DNA of 64,000 bases. Source: the human T2T-CHM13v2.0 reference genome, Homo sapiens. The stretch is taken from NCBI RefSeq assembly GCF_009914755.1, contig NC_060927.1; one strand, given 5' to 3'. A model generated the notes under the pieces. That model worked only from the letters and a program-made list of their open reading frames with translations, had not been told where the DNA came from and ran no database searches. This document shows positions 39,881 to 51,756 of this stretch, piece by piece. Position 1 is the stretch's first letter. Every line of letters starts with the position of its first letter. The translations under genes and the position numbers were made by a program.

Positions 39881-42063
39881 CCTTCTCTGGTGTCCTCCCC
39901 TCATCTTCTTCTTTTTTTTTTTTAATATGCTATTTGTAAAAGGGAACAATGTTGGTAACCTTGGTCCACAGGGAAGAAAAGGGAAAGTAATGGCCTATTC
40001 GTATAAAACTCATTGGGGAATGGTTCCCTGAAAATTAACTTGTATTTCTGTTTGGATATGTGCCTTTTATGTTAGCATTACTTGAGATGAGGCTACCAAA
40101 AATTTCTGTAATTAAAATAAATAAACTGGCATAATAGTTTGCTACTTAATGATGTCTAAAAAGATGATTTTACTTTGTGCCTATATCTTGAAGGCCAGCT
40201 TTTTTTTCCATCTCCTGAAATATGTAAAGAGTTCTGCAGCAGAGTCCTGTCCTTCAATATGATACTGTTTATTTCTTCAGATAGTTACGTGATGATGAAA
40301 ATGAGGCACTGTCCTAGGTGCTGAAGGGACTGTCAGGCATTAGAAGAGCTATAGATTCAAGATAAGACTAGGTAATGGTGAGTGATGATTTTTAAATGCA
40401 CATGTATGTACAGGCAATAATTGTTCTAAAGAATATCCTGTACCTCTGACAATGAAATTTAAATGATATACACTCCTTAAAATCCCACCTTTAAAATTAA
40501 GGAAGATAATTAAAATAAACCATGTATTAATTGCCTGTACACTATAGAGGCCCATATTAATGCAAAATGCTATCATTATCTTAATTTCCAGGATGATCGT
40601 CAGGGATATAATGAGGCTATCTATAAGGTGTGAGTGTTTTTGTTCTCTGCTTATTTGTAACATTAATAATAAAGAAGTTTAATATGTTCTGTAAACAGTG
40701 GCTTCCAAAAATACAGAGCTTTCAGCTTTTTCCAGATGGCTGGTTTTTGTTGAAAGGCTTTCTGAGGAGTGTTAATTTGTTATTCAACCCTTATTCACTC
40801 AGTGTGTTCTCATCTCACTATCTGTCAGAAATTCTCTTCTTTCAAGAATTCTGACTCTTGGTCATTTGGATGTAGCATTCACCTGTGTGGGATAGGAGAG
40901 AAGAAAGTGAGTCCCTGATGCTTATAGAGAAGAAGAATGCTGAGCATTCCCTGACATATTTCCTGGTCAATGCCTAATATAGATGAATGACTTTACCTTT
41001 TGGGAAATGGGAATACAATAGGAGACTTGCCCCAGGGTTATGTATCTAGGGTGGGCCTTGATCACAGAGGCCAGGATGTCCAAAAAGGGCAAATGGAAGA
41101 TTGAAATGTGTGTTCAATTTTTCTGCAGGCTGTAATGGAAAAGGGGGAATGACAGTCCCCCTTGGGAATAAGTGTCTTCCTCATTCTGTGCAGACATTTA
41201 GGGAGTATTGCATGCTGTGAGCTTCTCTGAGCACATCTTGTCTCTTGCTTTCTCCTTGCTGAGCCCCTTTCCTCTGTTGCTCCGTCCTTCCAGCTGCTTC
41301 TGTGAACTCTCCTCTGCCGTGTCTCATCCCCCATGGCTGCTCAAATGTGATTCCTCTAAGCCTCTCTTCCTGTCCAGCTGCATCTGTTCACCTCCCCTGC
41401 TGATCGATCTACTTCTTTAGCTCAGGGACAGCAAGAGGAAATGATTCCAGCAGCTAAACAGCTTTTATGCAGAGAGAATATTTAAATATTCTCAGTTTGC
41501 CTGATTCCCCTTCACCTCATGCTATGATCAGAGGTTAATGGAGACAGTTTGGAGCTTCTCTCTGTTGGTAGAAACCAGAAGACTTTTAGAAACGAAGGCC
41601 AAGGTCTTGCAACATCCCACCCACCCACCCCCCAAAAAACCCTATAAATTTATTAGGAGGGTAGAAATATTTTTTTTCATCAAACTCATTATTTTTAAAA
41701 TAGTGGTCCGATGTTCCAGTTCTCCCTCTCACCCCCACCCACCCTCCCCACCACAAAAAAAATAAAAACTCTGGACAAGACTGCAGCCGAATTAGAAGCT
41801 GTAATTAATTTTCATCATTTTTAGTAGATGAAATCTTAAAATGACTGTTGTATTCTAAGTGTTTGTATCACTGAAAATTATCTTTTGATATATAAAGTGT
41901 ATTTTTACAGTGCTATTTAGTGAATATCTGATTTTTTTAAGATAGTTTATTTGGGCAAATTTAAACTGTGAGTCTTGGTACAAAATAATCTGCCAAGGCA
42001 GAGCAGTTGTGAAGATTAAATGTAGCAAAAGCCTAGCATAGTGCTTGACCCATCATGCCCAGT

Positions 42064-42268
42064 ACACACACACACACACACACATAAACACACACACATA
42101 CACACACACACACACACAGACAGACATACACACATACACACACATACAGACACACACATACACACAAACACACACACAGACACATACAGACACACAGACA
42201 CACACATACAGACACACAGACACACACACATACAGACACACAGACACACACACACACACATATATATA
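42064..42268. repeat. Compound (CA)n microsatellite with CAGA/CATA interruptions
   Basis: About 200 bp, directly visible. Confidence 0.97.
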
Positions 42269-43151
42269 TGAGTATATATCCTCCATGCATTGGTCCAATA
42301 TATGTATTTCTTTTAATTAATTATATATTGTCTCTGCATGTTGCTATGCCAGTTTACTTATCTATTTCCTTATTCTTGGACATTTATCTTATTTCAATTT
42401 TTCTTTCTTTACCTCCCTTCTCTTCCCTTCCTTGCTGTCTTCCTTCCTTCCTCTCAATTTTTTAATTTGAAAATTTGTTTCTTACTTTTCTTCCTTTCTT
42501 GTGTCCTTCTGTCTTTTCTTCCTTTATTTTTATTTTCCTTTTCTCATTACCTTCAGGTGTATTGAGAACACCTTGTATACATTTTTCTTTTTCTTTGGCT
42601 GTAGTCTTCTGTTGTGGTATAATTTTACCAAATAAAATTCCTAGGTCAGGGGTCTGAATAATGCCTGTCTGTATTATTTTCTCCAATGTTGGCCCATATT
42701 TTCATAGTAAATGTACATGCTATATATGCCAGGTTCCCCATGGTCCTACCAACATTGAGTTTTCTTATTTTTGTGTATTCAGTAAATTTTAATGGTATTT
42801 TTAAAGGTCTTTTGATCAGTTAGTAGGGCTATAATTTTTCTATTTGTTAATTTTATATTTAGAGTTTTTGTATGTAAACTGTCTATCTTCTTTTTTTATT
42901 ATTGTACTTTAAGTTCTGGGATACATGTGCAGAACATGCAGGTTTGTTACATAGGTATACATGTGCCATGGTGGTTTGCTGCATCCATCAACCCATAATC
43001 TACATTTAGTATTTCTCCTAATGCTGTCCCTTCCCTTGCCTCCCACTCCTGACAGGCCACAGTGTATAATATTCCCCTCCCTGTCAGCATATGTTCTCCT
43101 TGTTCAACTCCCACTGATTGAGAACATGATGTGGTATTTGGTTTTCTGTTC

Positions 43152-46100
43152 CTATGTTAGTTTACAGAGAATGATGGTTTCCAGCTTCATCCATGTCCCT
43201 GCAAAGGATATGAACTCATTCTTTTTTAGGGCTGCATAGTATTCCATGGTGTATGTGTGCCACATTTTCTTTATCCAGTCTAACATTGATAGGCATTGGG
43301 GTTGGTTCCAAGTCTTTACTATTGTGAATAGTGCTGCAGTAAACATACGTGTGCATGTGTCTTTATAGTAGAATGATTTATAATCCTTTGGATGTATACC
43401 CAGTAATGGGATTGCCAGGTCAAATGGTATTTCTAGTTCTAGATCCTTGAGGAATAGCCACACTGTCTTCCACAACAGTTGAACTAATTTACGCTCCCAC
43501 CAACGGTGTAAAAGCCTTCCTATTTCTCCACATCCTCTTCAGCATCTGTTGTTTCCTGACTTTTTAACAATTGCCATTCTAACTGGCGTGAGATGGTATC
43601 TCATTGTGGTTTTGATTTGCATTTCTCTAATGACCAGTGATGAGCTTTTTTTCATATGTTTGTTGGCCGCATAAATGTTTTCTCTTGAGAAGTGTCTGTT
43701 CATATCCTTCACCCACTTTTTTGATGGGGTTGTTTCTTTTTTTCTTGTAAATTTGTTTAAGTTCTTTGTAGATTCTGGATATTAGCCCTTTGTCAGATGG
43801 ATAGATTGCAAAAGTTTTCCCCCATTCTGTAGGTTGCCTGTTCACTCTGATGATAGTTTCTTTTGCTGTGCAGAAGCTTTTTAGTTTAATTAGATTCCAT
43901 TTGTCAATTTTGGCTTTTGTTGCCATTGCTTTTGGTGTTTTAGTTATGAAGTCTTTACCCACGCCTATGTCCTGAATGGTATTGCCTAGGTTTTCTTCTA
44001 GGGTTTTTATGTTTTTAGGTCTTACATTTAAATCTTTGATCCATCTTGGGTTAATTTTTGTATAAGGTGTAAGGAAGGGGTCCAGTTTCAGTTTACTGCA
44101 CATGGCTAGCCAGTTTTCCCAACACCATTTATTAAATAGGAAATCCTTTCCCCATTGCTTGTTTTTGTCAGGTTTGTCAAAGATCAGATGGTTGTAAATG
44201 TGTGGCGTTATTTCTGAGGCCTCTGTTCTTTTCCATTGGTCTATATATCTGCTTTTGTACCAGTACCATGCTGTTTTGGTTACTGTAGCCTTGTAGTTTG
44301 AAGTCAGGTAGCGTAATGCCTCCAGCTTTGCTCTTTTTGCTTAGGATTGTCTTGGCTATATGGGCTCTTTTTTGTTCCATATGAAATTTAAAGTAGTTTT
44401 TTTTCTAATTCTGTGAAGAAAGTCAATGGTAGTTTGATGGGAATAGCATTGGATCTATAAATTACTTTGGGCAGTATGGCCATTTTCATGATAATTATTC
44501 TTCCTGTCCGTGAGCATGGAATGTTTTTTCATCTGTGTCCTCTCTTATTTCCTTGAGCAGTGGTTTGTAGTTCTCCCTGAAGAGGTCCTTCACTTCCCTT
44601 GTAAGTTGTATTCCTAGGTATTTTATTCTCTTAGTAGCAATTGTGAATGGGAGTTCACTCATGATTTGGCTCTCTGTTTGTCTATTATTGGTGTATAAGA
44701 GTGTTTCTGATTTTTGCACATTGATTTTGTATCCTGAGACTTGCTGAAGTTGCTTATCAGCTTAAGGTGATTTTGGGCTGAGATGATTGGTTTTCTAAAT
44801 ATACAATCATGTCATCTGCAAACAGAGACCATTTGACTTCCTCTCTTCCTATTTGAATACCCTTTGTTTCTTTCTCTTGCCTGATTCCCCTGGCCAGAAC
44901 TTCCAATACTATGTTGAATAGGAGTGGAGAGAGAGAGCATCCTTGTCTTGTGTTGGTTTTCAAAGGGAATGCTTCCAGCTTTTGCCCATTCAGTATGATA
45001 TTGGCTGTGGGTTTGTCATAAAAAGCTCTTATTATTTTGAGATACATTCCATCAATACCTAGTTTATTGAGAGTTTTTAGCATGAAGGGGCACTGAATTT
45101 TATTGAAGGCCTTTTCTGTATCTATTGAGATAATCATGTGTTTTTTGTCATTGGTTCTGTTTATGTGATGGATTACGTTTATTGATTTGCATATGTTGAA
45201 CCAGCCTTGCATTCCCTGGATGAAGCCAACATGATAGTGGTGGATAAGCTTTTTGATGTGCTCCTGGGTTCGGTTTGCCAGTATTTTATTAAGGATTTTC
45301 GCATCTATGTTCATCAGGGATATTGGCCTGAAATTTTCTTTTTTTCTTGTGTCTCTGCCAGGTTTTGGTATCAGGATGATGGTGGCCTCATAAAATGAGT
45401 GAGGGAAAGTCTCTCCTTTTCTATTGTTTGGAATGGTTTCAGAAGGAATGGTACCAGCTACTCCTTGTACCTCTGGTAGAATTCAACTGTGAATTCGTCT
45501 GGTCCTGCTCTTTTTTTTTTTTGTGGTAGGCTATTAATTACTGCCTCAATTTAAGAACTTGTTATTGTTCTATTCAGGGATTTGACTTCTTCCTGGTTTA
45601 GTCTTGGTAGGGTGTTTGCATGCAGGAATTTATCCATTTCTTCTAGATTTTCTAGTTTATTTGTGTAGAGGTGTTTATAGTATTCTCTGATGGTAGTTTG
45701 CATTTCTGCAGGATCAGTAGTGATATCCCCTTTATCATTTTTTATTGTGTCTATTTGATTCCTCTCTCTTTTCTTCTTTATTAGTCTGGCTAGTGGTCTA
45801 TTTTGTAAATCTTTTCAGAAAAACAGCTCCTGGATTTATTGATTTTTTGGAGGGTTTCTCATGTCTCTATCTCCTTTATTTCTGCTGTGATCTTAGTTAT
45901 TTCTTGTCTTCTGCTAGCTTTTGAATTTGTTTGCTCTTGCTTATCTAGTTATTTTAATTGTGATGTTAGGGTGTCAATTTTAGATCTTTTCCACTTTCTT
46001 CTGTGGGCATTGAGTGCTATAAATTTCCCTCTTAACACTGCTTTAGCTGTGTCCTGGAGATTCTGGTACATTGTGTCTCTGTTCTCATTGCTTTCAAAGA

Positions 46101-46900
46101 ACTTCTTTATTTCTGCCTTAACTTCGTTATTTACCCAGTAGTCATTCAGGAGCAGGTTGTCCAGTTTCTATGTAGTTGTGCAGTTTTGAGTGAGTTTCTT
46201 AATCCTGATTTCTAATTTGATTGCACTGTGGTGTGAGAGACTGTTTGTTATGATTTCTGTTCTTTTCATTTGTGGAGGAGTGTTTTAATTTCAATTATGT
46301 GGTCAATTTTAGAATAAATGTGATGTGGTGCTGAGAAAAATGTATATTCTGTTGATTTGGGGTGAAAAGTTCTGTAGATGTCTATTAGGTCCGCTTATTT
46401 CGGAGCTGAGTTCAAGTACTGAATATCCTTGTTAATTTTCTGTCTCAGTGATCTGTCTAACATTGACAGTGGTGTGTTAAATTCTCCCACTAGTATTGTA
46501 TGGGAGTCTAAGTCTCTTTGTAGGTCTATAAGAACTTGCTTTATGAATCTGGGTGCTCCTATATTGGGTGCATATATATTTAGGATAGTTAGCTCTTCTT
46601 GTTGTGTTGATCCCTTTACCATTATGTAATGCCCTTCTTTGTCCTTTTTCTTCTTTGTTGCTTTAAAGTCTGTTTTTATCAGAGACTAGGATTGCAACCC
46701 CTGCTTTTTTTTGCTTTCCATTTGCTTGGTAAAGTTTCTTCCATCCCTTTATTTTGAGGCTATGTGTGTCTTTGCACGTGAGATACAGCACACCAATGGG
46801 TCTTGAGTCTTTATCCAACTTGCCAGTCTGTGTCTTTTAATTGGGGCATTTAGCTCATTTAGATTTAAGGTTAATATTGTTATATGTGAATTTGATCTTG
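43152..46900 (-). pseudogene. Disrupted L1 ORF2 (endonuclease / reverse transcriptase)
   Basis: Fragments ELTILNIYAPN (EN), [15 protein letters not shown]...[19 protein letters not shown]...[12 protein letters not shown] (RT); many stops and frameshifts; start approximate. Confidence 0.93.
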
Positions 46901-46994
46901 TCATTATGATGCTAGCTGGTTATTTTGCCTGTTAATTGACACAGTTTCTTCATCGTGTCGATGGTCTTTACAATTTGGTATCTTTTTGCAGTGG

Positions 46995-47992
46995 CTAGTA
47001 TTGGTTTTTCCTTTCCATATTTAGTTCTACCTTCAGGAACTCTTGTAAGGCAGGCCTCGTGGTGACAAAATCTCTCAGCATTTCCTTGTCTGTAAAGGAT
47101 TTTATTTCTCCTTTGCTTATGAAGCTTAGTTTGGCTGGATATGAAATTCTGGGTTGAAAATTCATTTCTTTAAGAATGTTGAATATTGGCCCCCACTCTC
47201 TTCTGGCTTGTAGGATTTCTGCAGAGAGATCTGCTGTTAGTCTGATGAGCTTCCCTTTGTGGGTAACCCAGCCTTTCTCTCTGGCCGCCCTTAGCATTTT
47301 TTCCTTCATTTCAACCTTGGTGAATCTGACAATTATGTGTCTCGGGGTTGCTTTTCTCGAGGAGTATCTTGGTGGTGTTCTCTGTATTTCCTGAATTTGA
47401 ATGTTGGCCTGCCTTGCTAGATTGGGGAAGTTCTCCTGGATAATATCCTGAAGAGTGTTTTCCAATTTGGTTTCATTCTCCCCTTCACTTTCAGGTATAT
47501 CAATCAAACATAGTGTTGGTCTTTTCACATAGTCCCATATTTCTTGGGGGCTTTGTTCATCCTTTTCATTCTTTTTTCTCTAATCTTGTCTTCACACTTT
47601 ATCTCATTAAGTTGATCTTCAGTCTCTGATATCCTTCCTTCTGCTTGATCGATTCAGCTATAGATAACTTGTGTATGCCTCATGAAGTTCTTGTGCTGGT
47701 TTTTCAGCTCCAACAGGTCATTTATATTCTTCTCTAAACTGTTTATTCTAGTTAGCAATTCATCTAACATTTTTCCAAGGTTCTTAGCTTATTTGCATTA
47801 GCGTAGAACATGCTCCTTTAGCTTGGAGGAGTTTGTTATTATCCACCTTCTGAAGCCTACTTCTGTGAATTCATCAAACTCATTGTCCATCCAGTTTTGT
47901 TCCCTTGCTGGCGAGGAATTGTGATCCTTTGAAGGAGTAGAGGGGTTCTGGTTTTTGGAATTTGCAGCCTTTTTGCACTGCTTTTTCCTCAT
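46995..47992 (-). pseudogene. Disrupted L1 ORF1
   Basis: MRKKQCKKAANSKNQ...; LENTLQDIIQENFPNLARQANIQIQEIQRTP...RISYPAKLSF. Confidence 0.93.
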
Positions 47993-49149
47993 CTTCGTGG
48001 ATTTATCTACCTTTGGTCTTTGATGTTGGTGACCTTCGGATGGGGTTTCTTTGTGGACGTCCTTTTTGTTGATGTTGATGGTATTCCTTTCTGTTTGTTA
48101 GTTTTCCTTCTAACAGTCAGGCCCCTCTTCTGCAGGTCTGCTGGAGTTTGCTGGAGGTCCACTCCAGACCCATTTGCCTAGGTATCGCTAGCGGAGGCTG
48201 CAGAACAGCAAAGATTGCTGCCTGTTCCTTCCTCTGGAAGCTTCTCCCCAGAAGGGCACCTGCCAGAGGCCAGCTGGAGCTCTCCTGTATGAGGTGTCTG
48301 TCGACCTCTGCTGGAAGGTGTCTCCCAGTCAGGAGGCATGGGTGTGAGGAACCCGCTTGAGGAGGCAGTCTGTCCCTTAGCAGAGTTTGAGCGCTGTGCT
48401 GGGAGATCCACTGCTCTTTTCAGAGCCTGCAGACAGGAATGTTTAAGTCTGCTGAAGCTGCACCCACAGCCACCCCTTCCCCTGGTGCTCTGTCCCAGGG
48501 AGATGGGAGTTTTATATATAAGCCCCTGACTGGTGCTGCTGCCTTTCTTTCAGAGATACCATGCCCAGAGAGAAGGAATCTAGAGAGGCAGTCTGGCTAC
48601 AGTGGTTTTGCTGAGCTGCAGTGTGCTCCATCCAGTTCAAACTTCCTGGGGGCTTTGTTTACACTGTGAGGGGAAAACCTCCTACTCAAGCCTCAGTAAT
48701 GGTAGGACGCCCCTCCCCCAACCAAGCTCAAGAAACTCAGGTGGACTTCAGACTGCTGTGCTGACAACTAGAAATTCAAGCTAGTGGATCTTAGCTTGCT
48801 GGGCTCCGTGGGGGTGGGATCTGCTGAGCCAGACCACTTGGTTCCCTGGCTTCAGCCCCCTTTCCAGGGGAGTGAATGGTTCTTTCACTGGCATTCCTGA
48901 TGCCACTGGGGTATGAAAAAACACTCCTGCAGCTAGCTCAGTGTCTGCCCAAATGGCTGCCCAGCTTTGTGCTTGAAATCTAGGGCCCTGCTGGTGTAGG
49001 CACCTGAGGGAGTCTCCTGGTCTGCAGGTTGCAGACTGTGGGAAAAGCGTAGTATCTGGGCCCTGATCTGCCTATCATCTTCTATCCAGCAAAATCTGGA
49101 TGATGATATAATATATTCCTTTCAACATATTACATATTTTGAATAGTAA

Positions 49150-49420
49150 TGAACCATTAAATATTAATTTAGTGACTATTTTGTGCTAGGTATTATTCTA
49201 GAAATAATAGGAAAGTAAGGATACAATGACTGATAGCATAGTCCCTGGCTTCAAGGAGGTTTGAGAAATTTGTCTGGTAAAAGGTGACAGGTATATAAAC
49301 AAAGTGCATTACAGTGTAATAGGTATTGTGATGAAAATATGTATAGAGTTCAGTGCAGCCACATGGGAAGTGGAATAATTAATCAAGCTAGAGTGTAATA
49401 AAAGCTTTTATTATTGAGGA
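49150..49420 (-). mobile_element. L2 relic
   Basis: ctattttgtgctaggtattattcta...catagtccctggcttcaaggag. Confidence 0.65.
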
Positions 49421-50194
49421 TCATAGAGGAAACGTTTACCCTTTAAATTTGTCACTTATTTTCTTTCTGATTCTCTTGGACCTGTGTGTCTTTTGATTGT
49501 TCACCAAAGCAACTTCATTCCTTTCATTTTATTATAACACCATGGGCATCTATGACTCAATGGTATATAACAAAATATGTGTGTGCAATACTGCCTCAAA
49601 GTACATATTACTATGATGTGCTTTATAGGACTCAAGGTGAAAATAGAATATCATTAATGCTGAAGAAGACATAATGATCTGTGCTTTATTTGTTATTTTG
49701 TGTTTCCAATTAGTGATTATGCACAGTCTCAAGTTTGAGGTTGATCCTCTCATGCCCAGCCACTACAACTCTTATACACCTCTGTCAGAGTGCATGGAAT
49801 GATCTCATGGGAGAGCATCTTGGGGAGCATTATGAACTCTGAAATGTCCTCTTCCCTTGCTCCTGAAGATTCATCAAACTATATGAACCCTGATCTTGCT
49901 GATATCAAGGTCTTAGGCTCTTTCTAAATGATAGTAATACAGAAAGTTCCTGGGTTATGGGAAACACAGTTTATCTAGTTTTATCTTCTGCTAGGTTTAA
50001 CAGTTAATTTTGAGGGTGGGCCTATCATAGGTATTCAAGAACTACTTCAATGCTTGGTTGGTTGGATTTAGCACTTTTTGACAACAGCCAGTATGAAAAT
50101 GTTCAATTTTTTTCCCTCCTTTAAAAACCTAGCTTCTCTTCCCATCTTTCTACTTCTCTTTCTTCCATGCTTTCTTTGCTTAAATGTGATTATC

Positions 50195-50306
50195 TTAGTC
50201 TATGAGCTTGAGGGCAGGGATGCTCTTCTATTCATCTTTAACCAATGTGTTTAGCACCAGTATTGGCACATGGTAGGCCCTCAACATATGCTTACTGTAT
50301 GAATGA
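50195..50306 (+). mobile_element. L2 3' end
   Basis: cttgagggcagggat...ttggcacatggtaggccctcaacatatg...tgaatga. Confidence 0.75.
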
Positions 50307-50447
50307 CGCATGTCCTTCTTGTCTTTGGGATTACCCTAGTTGCTACTCTTAATGCAGTAATAGTAAGACATCTTTATGCCCCCAGAGTCCCAACTCCTGA
50401 CCCCACTTCATGTGAGAGAATTGCTTTGACTCCAGGTGTTTGTATAT

Positions 50448-50463
50448 CCACTAGAGGGCACTG
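50448..50463 (+). promoter_or_regulatory. Strong CTCF motif
   Basis: CCACTAGAGGGCACTG is a near-consensus CTCF core in unique sequence. Confidence 0.6.
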
Positions 50464-51603
50464 TTTTGTCAGAGGCTGTTCTAAACTTTTCTTCAATATC
50501 AGGATAGACACCTTAACTTCATGGGCCACTCTCAGCTTCAAGTTCTTAATATTTCTGTTAATGAATAATTCTTTGAGTTTTCCATCACAACTATTCTTGC
50601 CAATATATAATCACAATAAGAAGTCATAATTAAAAACAATCGTAATAATGTTAGATACAAGCTAATACTTATTAATGGATATGGCAAATACATATTTAAT
50701 AACCAAACGTGGTAAATAAGAACACTCATATATGTTAAGGGAATTCTTTTATGTTTCTTGTTTCCAGATTTTCTTCTGACCAAAAGTAGAAGGGCAAGTA
50801 AAGTAGCCATTAAATCTCAAACTTCATTTTTTGTACTTTCACAATAAAAGCATTTGTAAGGAGACTAGGGAAATTCCAAGCTAAACACATTATATCCAAA
50901 TTTGAAAGGTAGCTTCAGTAGAAATTTGTTTTAAATGAGAAAGGCAGTATTGAGTGTGATATTTTCTAAAGCTATAAAAACTACATTTTATGAAAAGTTT
51001 CTTCTCCCTCCATTACTTCTATTTCCACAGAACTATCTTTAGGCAGAATCAAATGAGTTCCTGGGCTTTAACGTCAAACAGTTTGAGTTTGCAAATATTT
51101 TCACCTTACACGTGAATCAACACAGGGGATATGTGAGAAGACAAAGCTGTTCACACTGTCAGCAAGCTTCCAAACACATCATTAACCCAGTGGTGACTTG
51201 GGAGGTCCTACTGTAGCTGTCTAAGGAAGCTGCAAAAGAGGGAGGAGCCAACAGGGAGGGCCTATTTTCCCAAGTTTAAAATCTTAACTCCGAATTATGT
51301 CATAGAATTGAAAGAGATGGTGGGACCCAGTAAACCCTGTCAACAATTAAAGAACAGAACGTAAATAAGAACTCTTGGCGTTTTCGCACAAGAATCTTTG
51401 TGATAATCTGTTAGCAAACTCTCTTTTACGTTATGTTTAAGGACTTTTTAAAATGTGGCATTTTTTTGTGCCAGGCTGCAAAGTCATTTGTGAAGTGTTT
51501 AATTAGGCTTACTTTGATTAAAAATGTAGGCTTAAATATCTGTTGATTTTGTGACAAGCTGTGGATGTTAATTGTCTTGATTGGTTTTATTTTGTATTCT
51601 TAG

Positions 51604-51756
51604 GACAACAGGATCTTATGTGTATAACTGTAGTTGGAGAAAGGAGCAAAAGTGTAATTTTTGAAAGGAAACATATATTTCTGAAGTTAGCCAGATGTTA
51701 CAAGACCACGTACATAGGAGGCATTGAGCCTGAGACAGAAAAACTTGAAAGATCTG
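51604..51756 (+). ncRNA. Candidate exon A (153 nt) of a spliced lncRNA or small-ORF transcript
   Basis: Acceptor ttggttttattttgtattcttag|, donor CTG|gtaaag; one frame open throughout with ATG at 51618. Confidence 0.6.

Larger units (their letters stand above)
42892..49067 (-). mobile_element. Near-full-length (about 6.2 kb) L1PA7/8-like LINE-1, inactive
   Basis: Partial 5' UTR, ORF1, ORF2 (EN, RT with LFADD motif, C-terminus), 3' UTR and T-tail all present in order; degenerate TSD ctgtctatcttct (42879-42891) / ctgcctatcatcttct (49068-49083). Confidence 0.97.

Noticed and set aside
42016-42320. Overlapping CV/HT-repeat ORFs on both strands
   Set aside because: Translations of the (CA)n microsatellite
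43152-47992. Reverse transcriptase / endonuclease ORFs as an active or novel retroelement system
   Set aside because: Ordinary L1 ORF1/ORF2 broken by many stops and frameshifts
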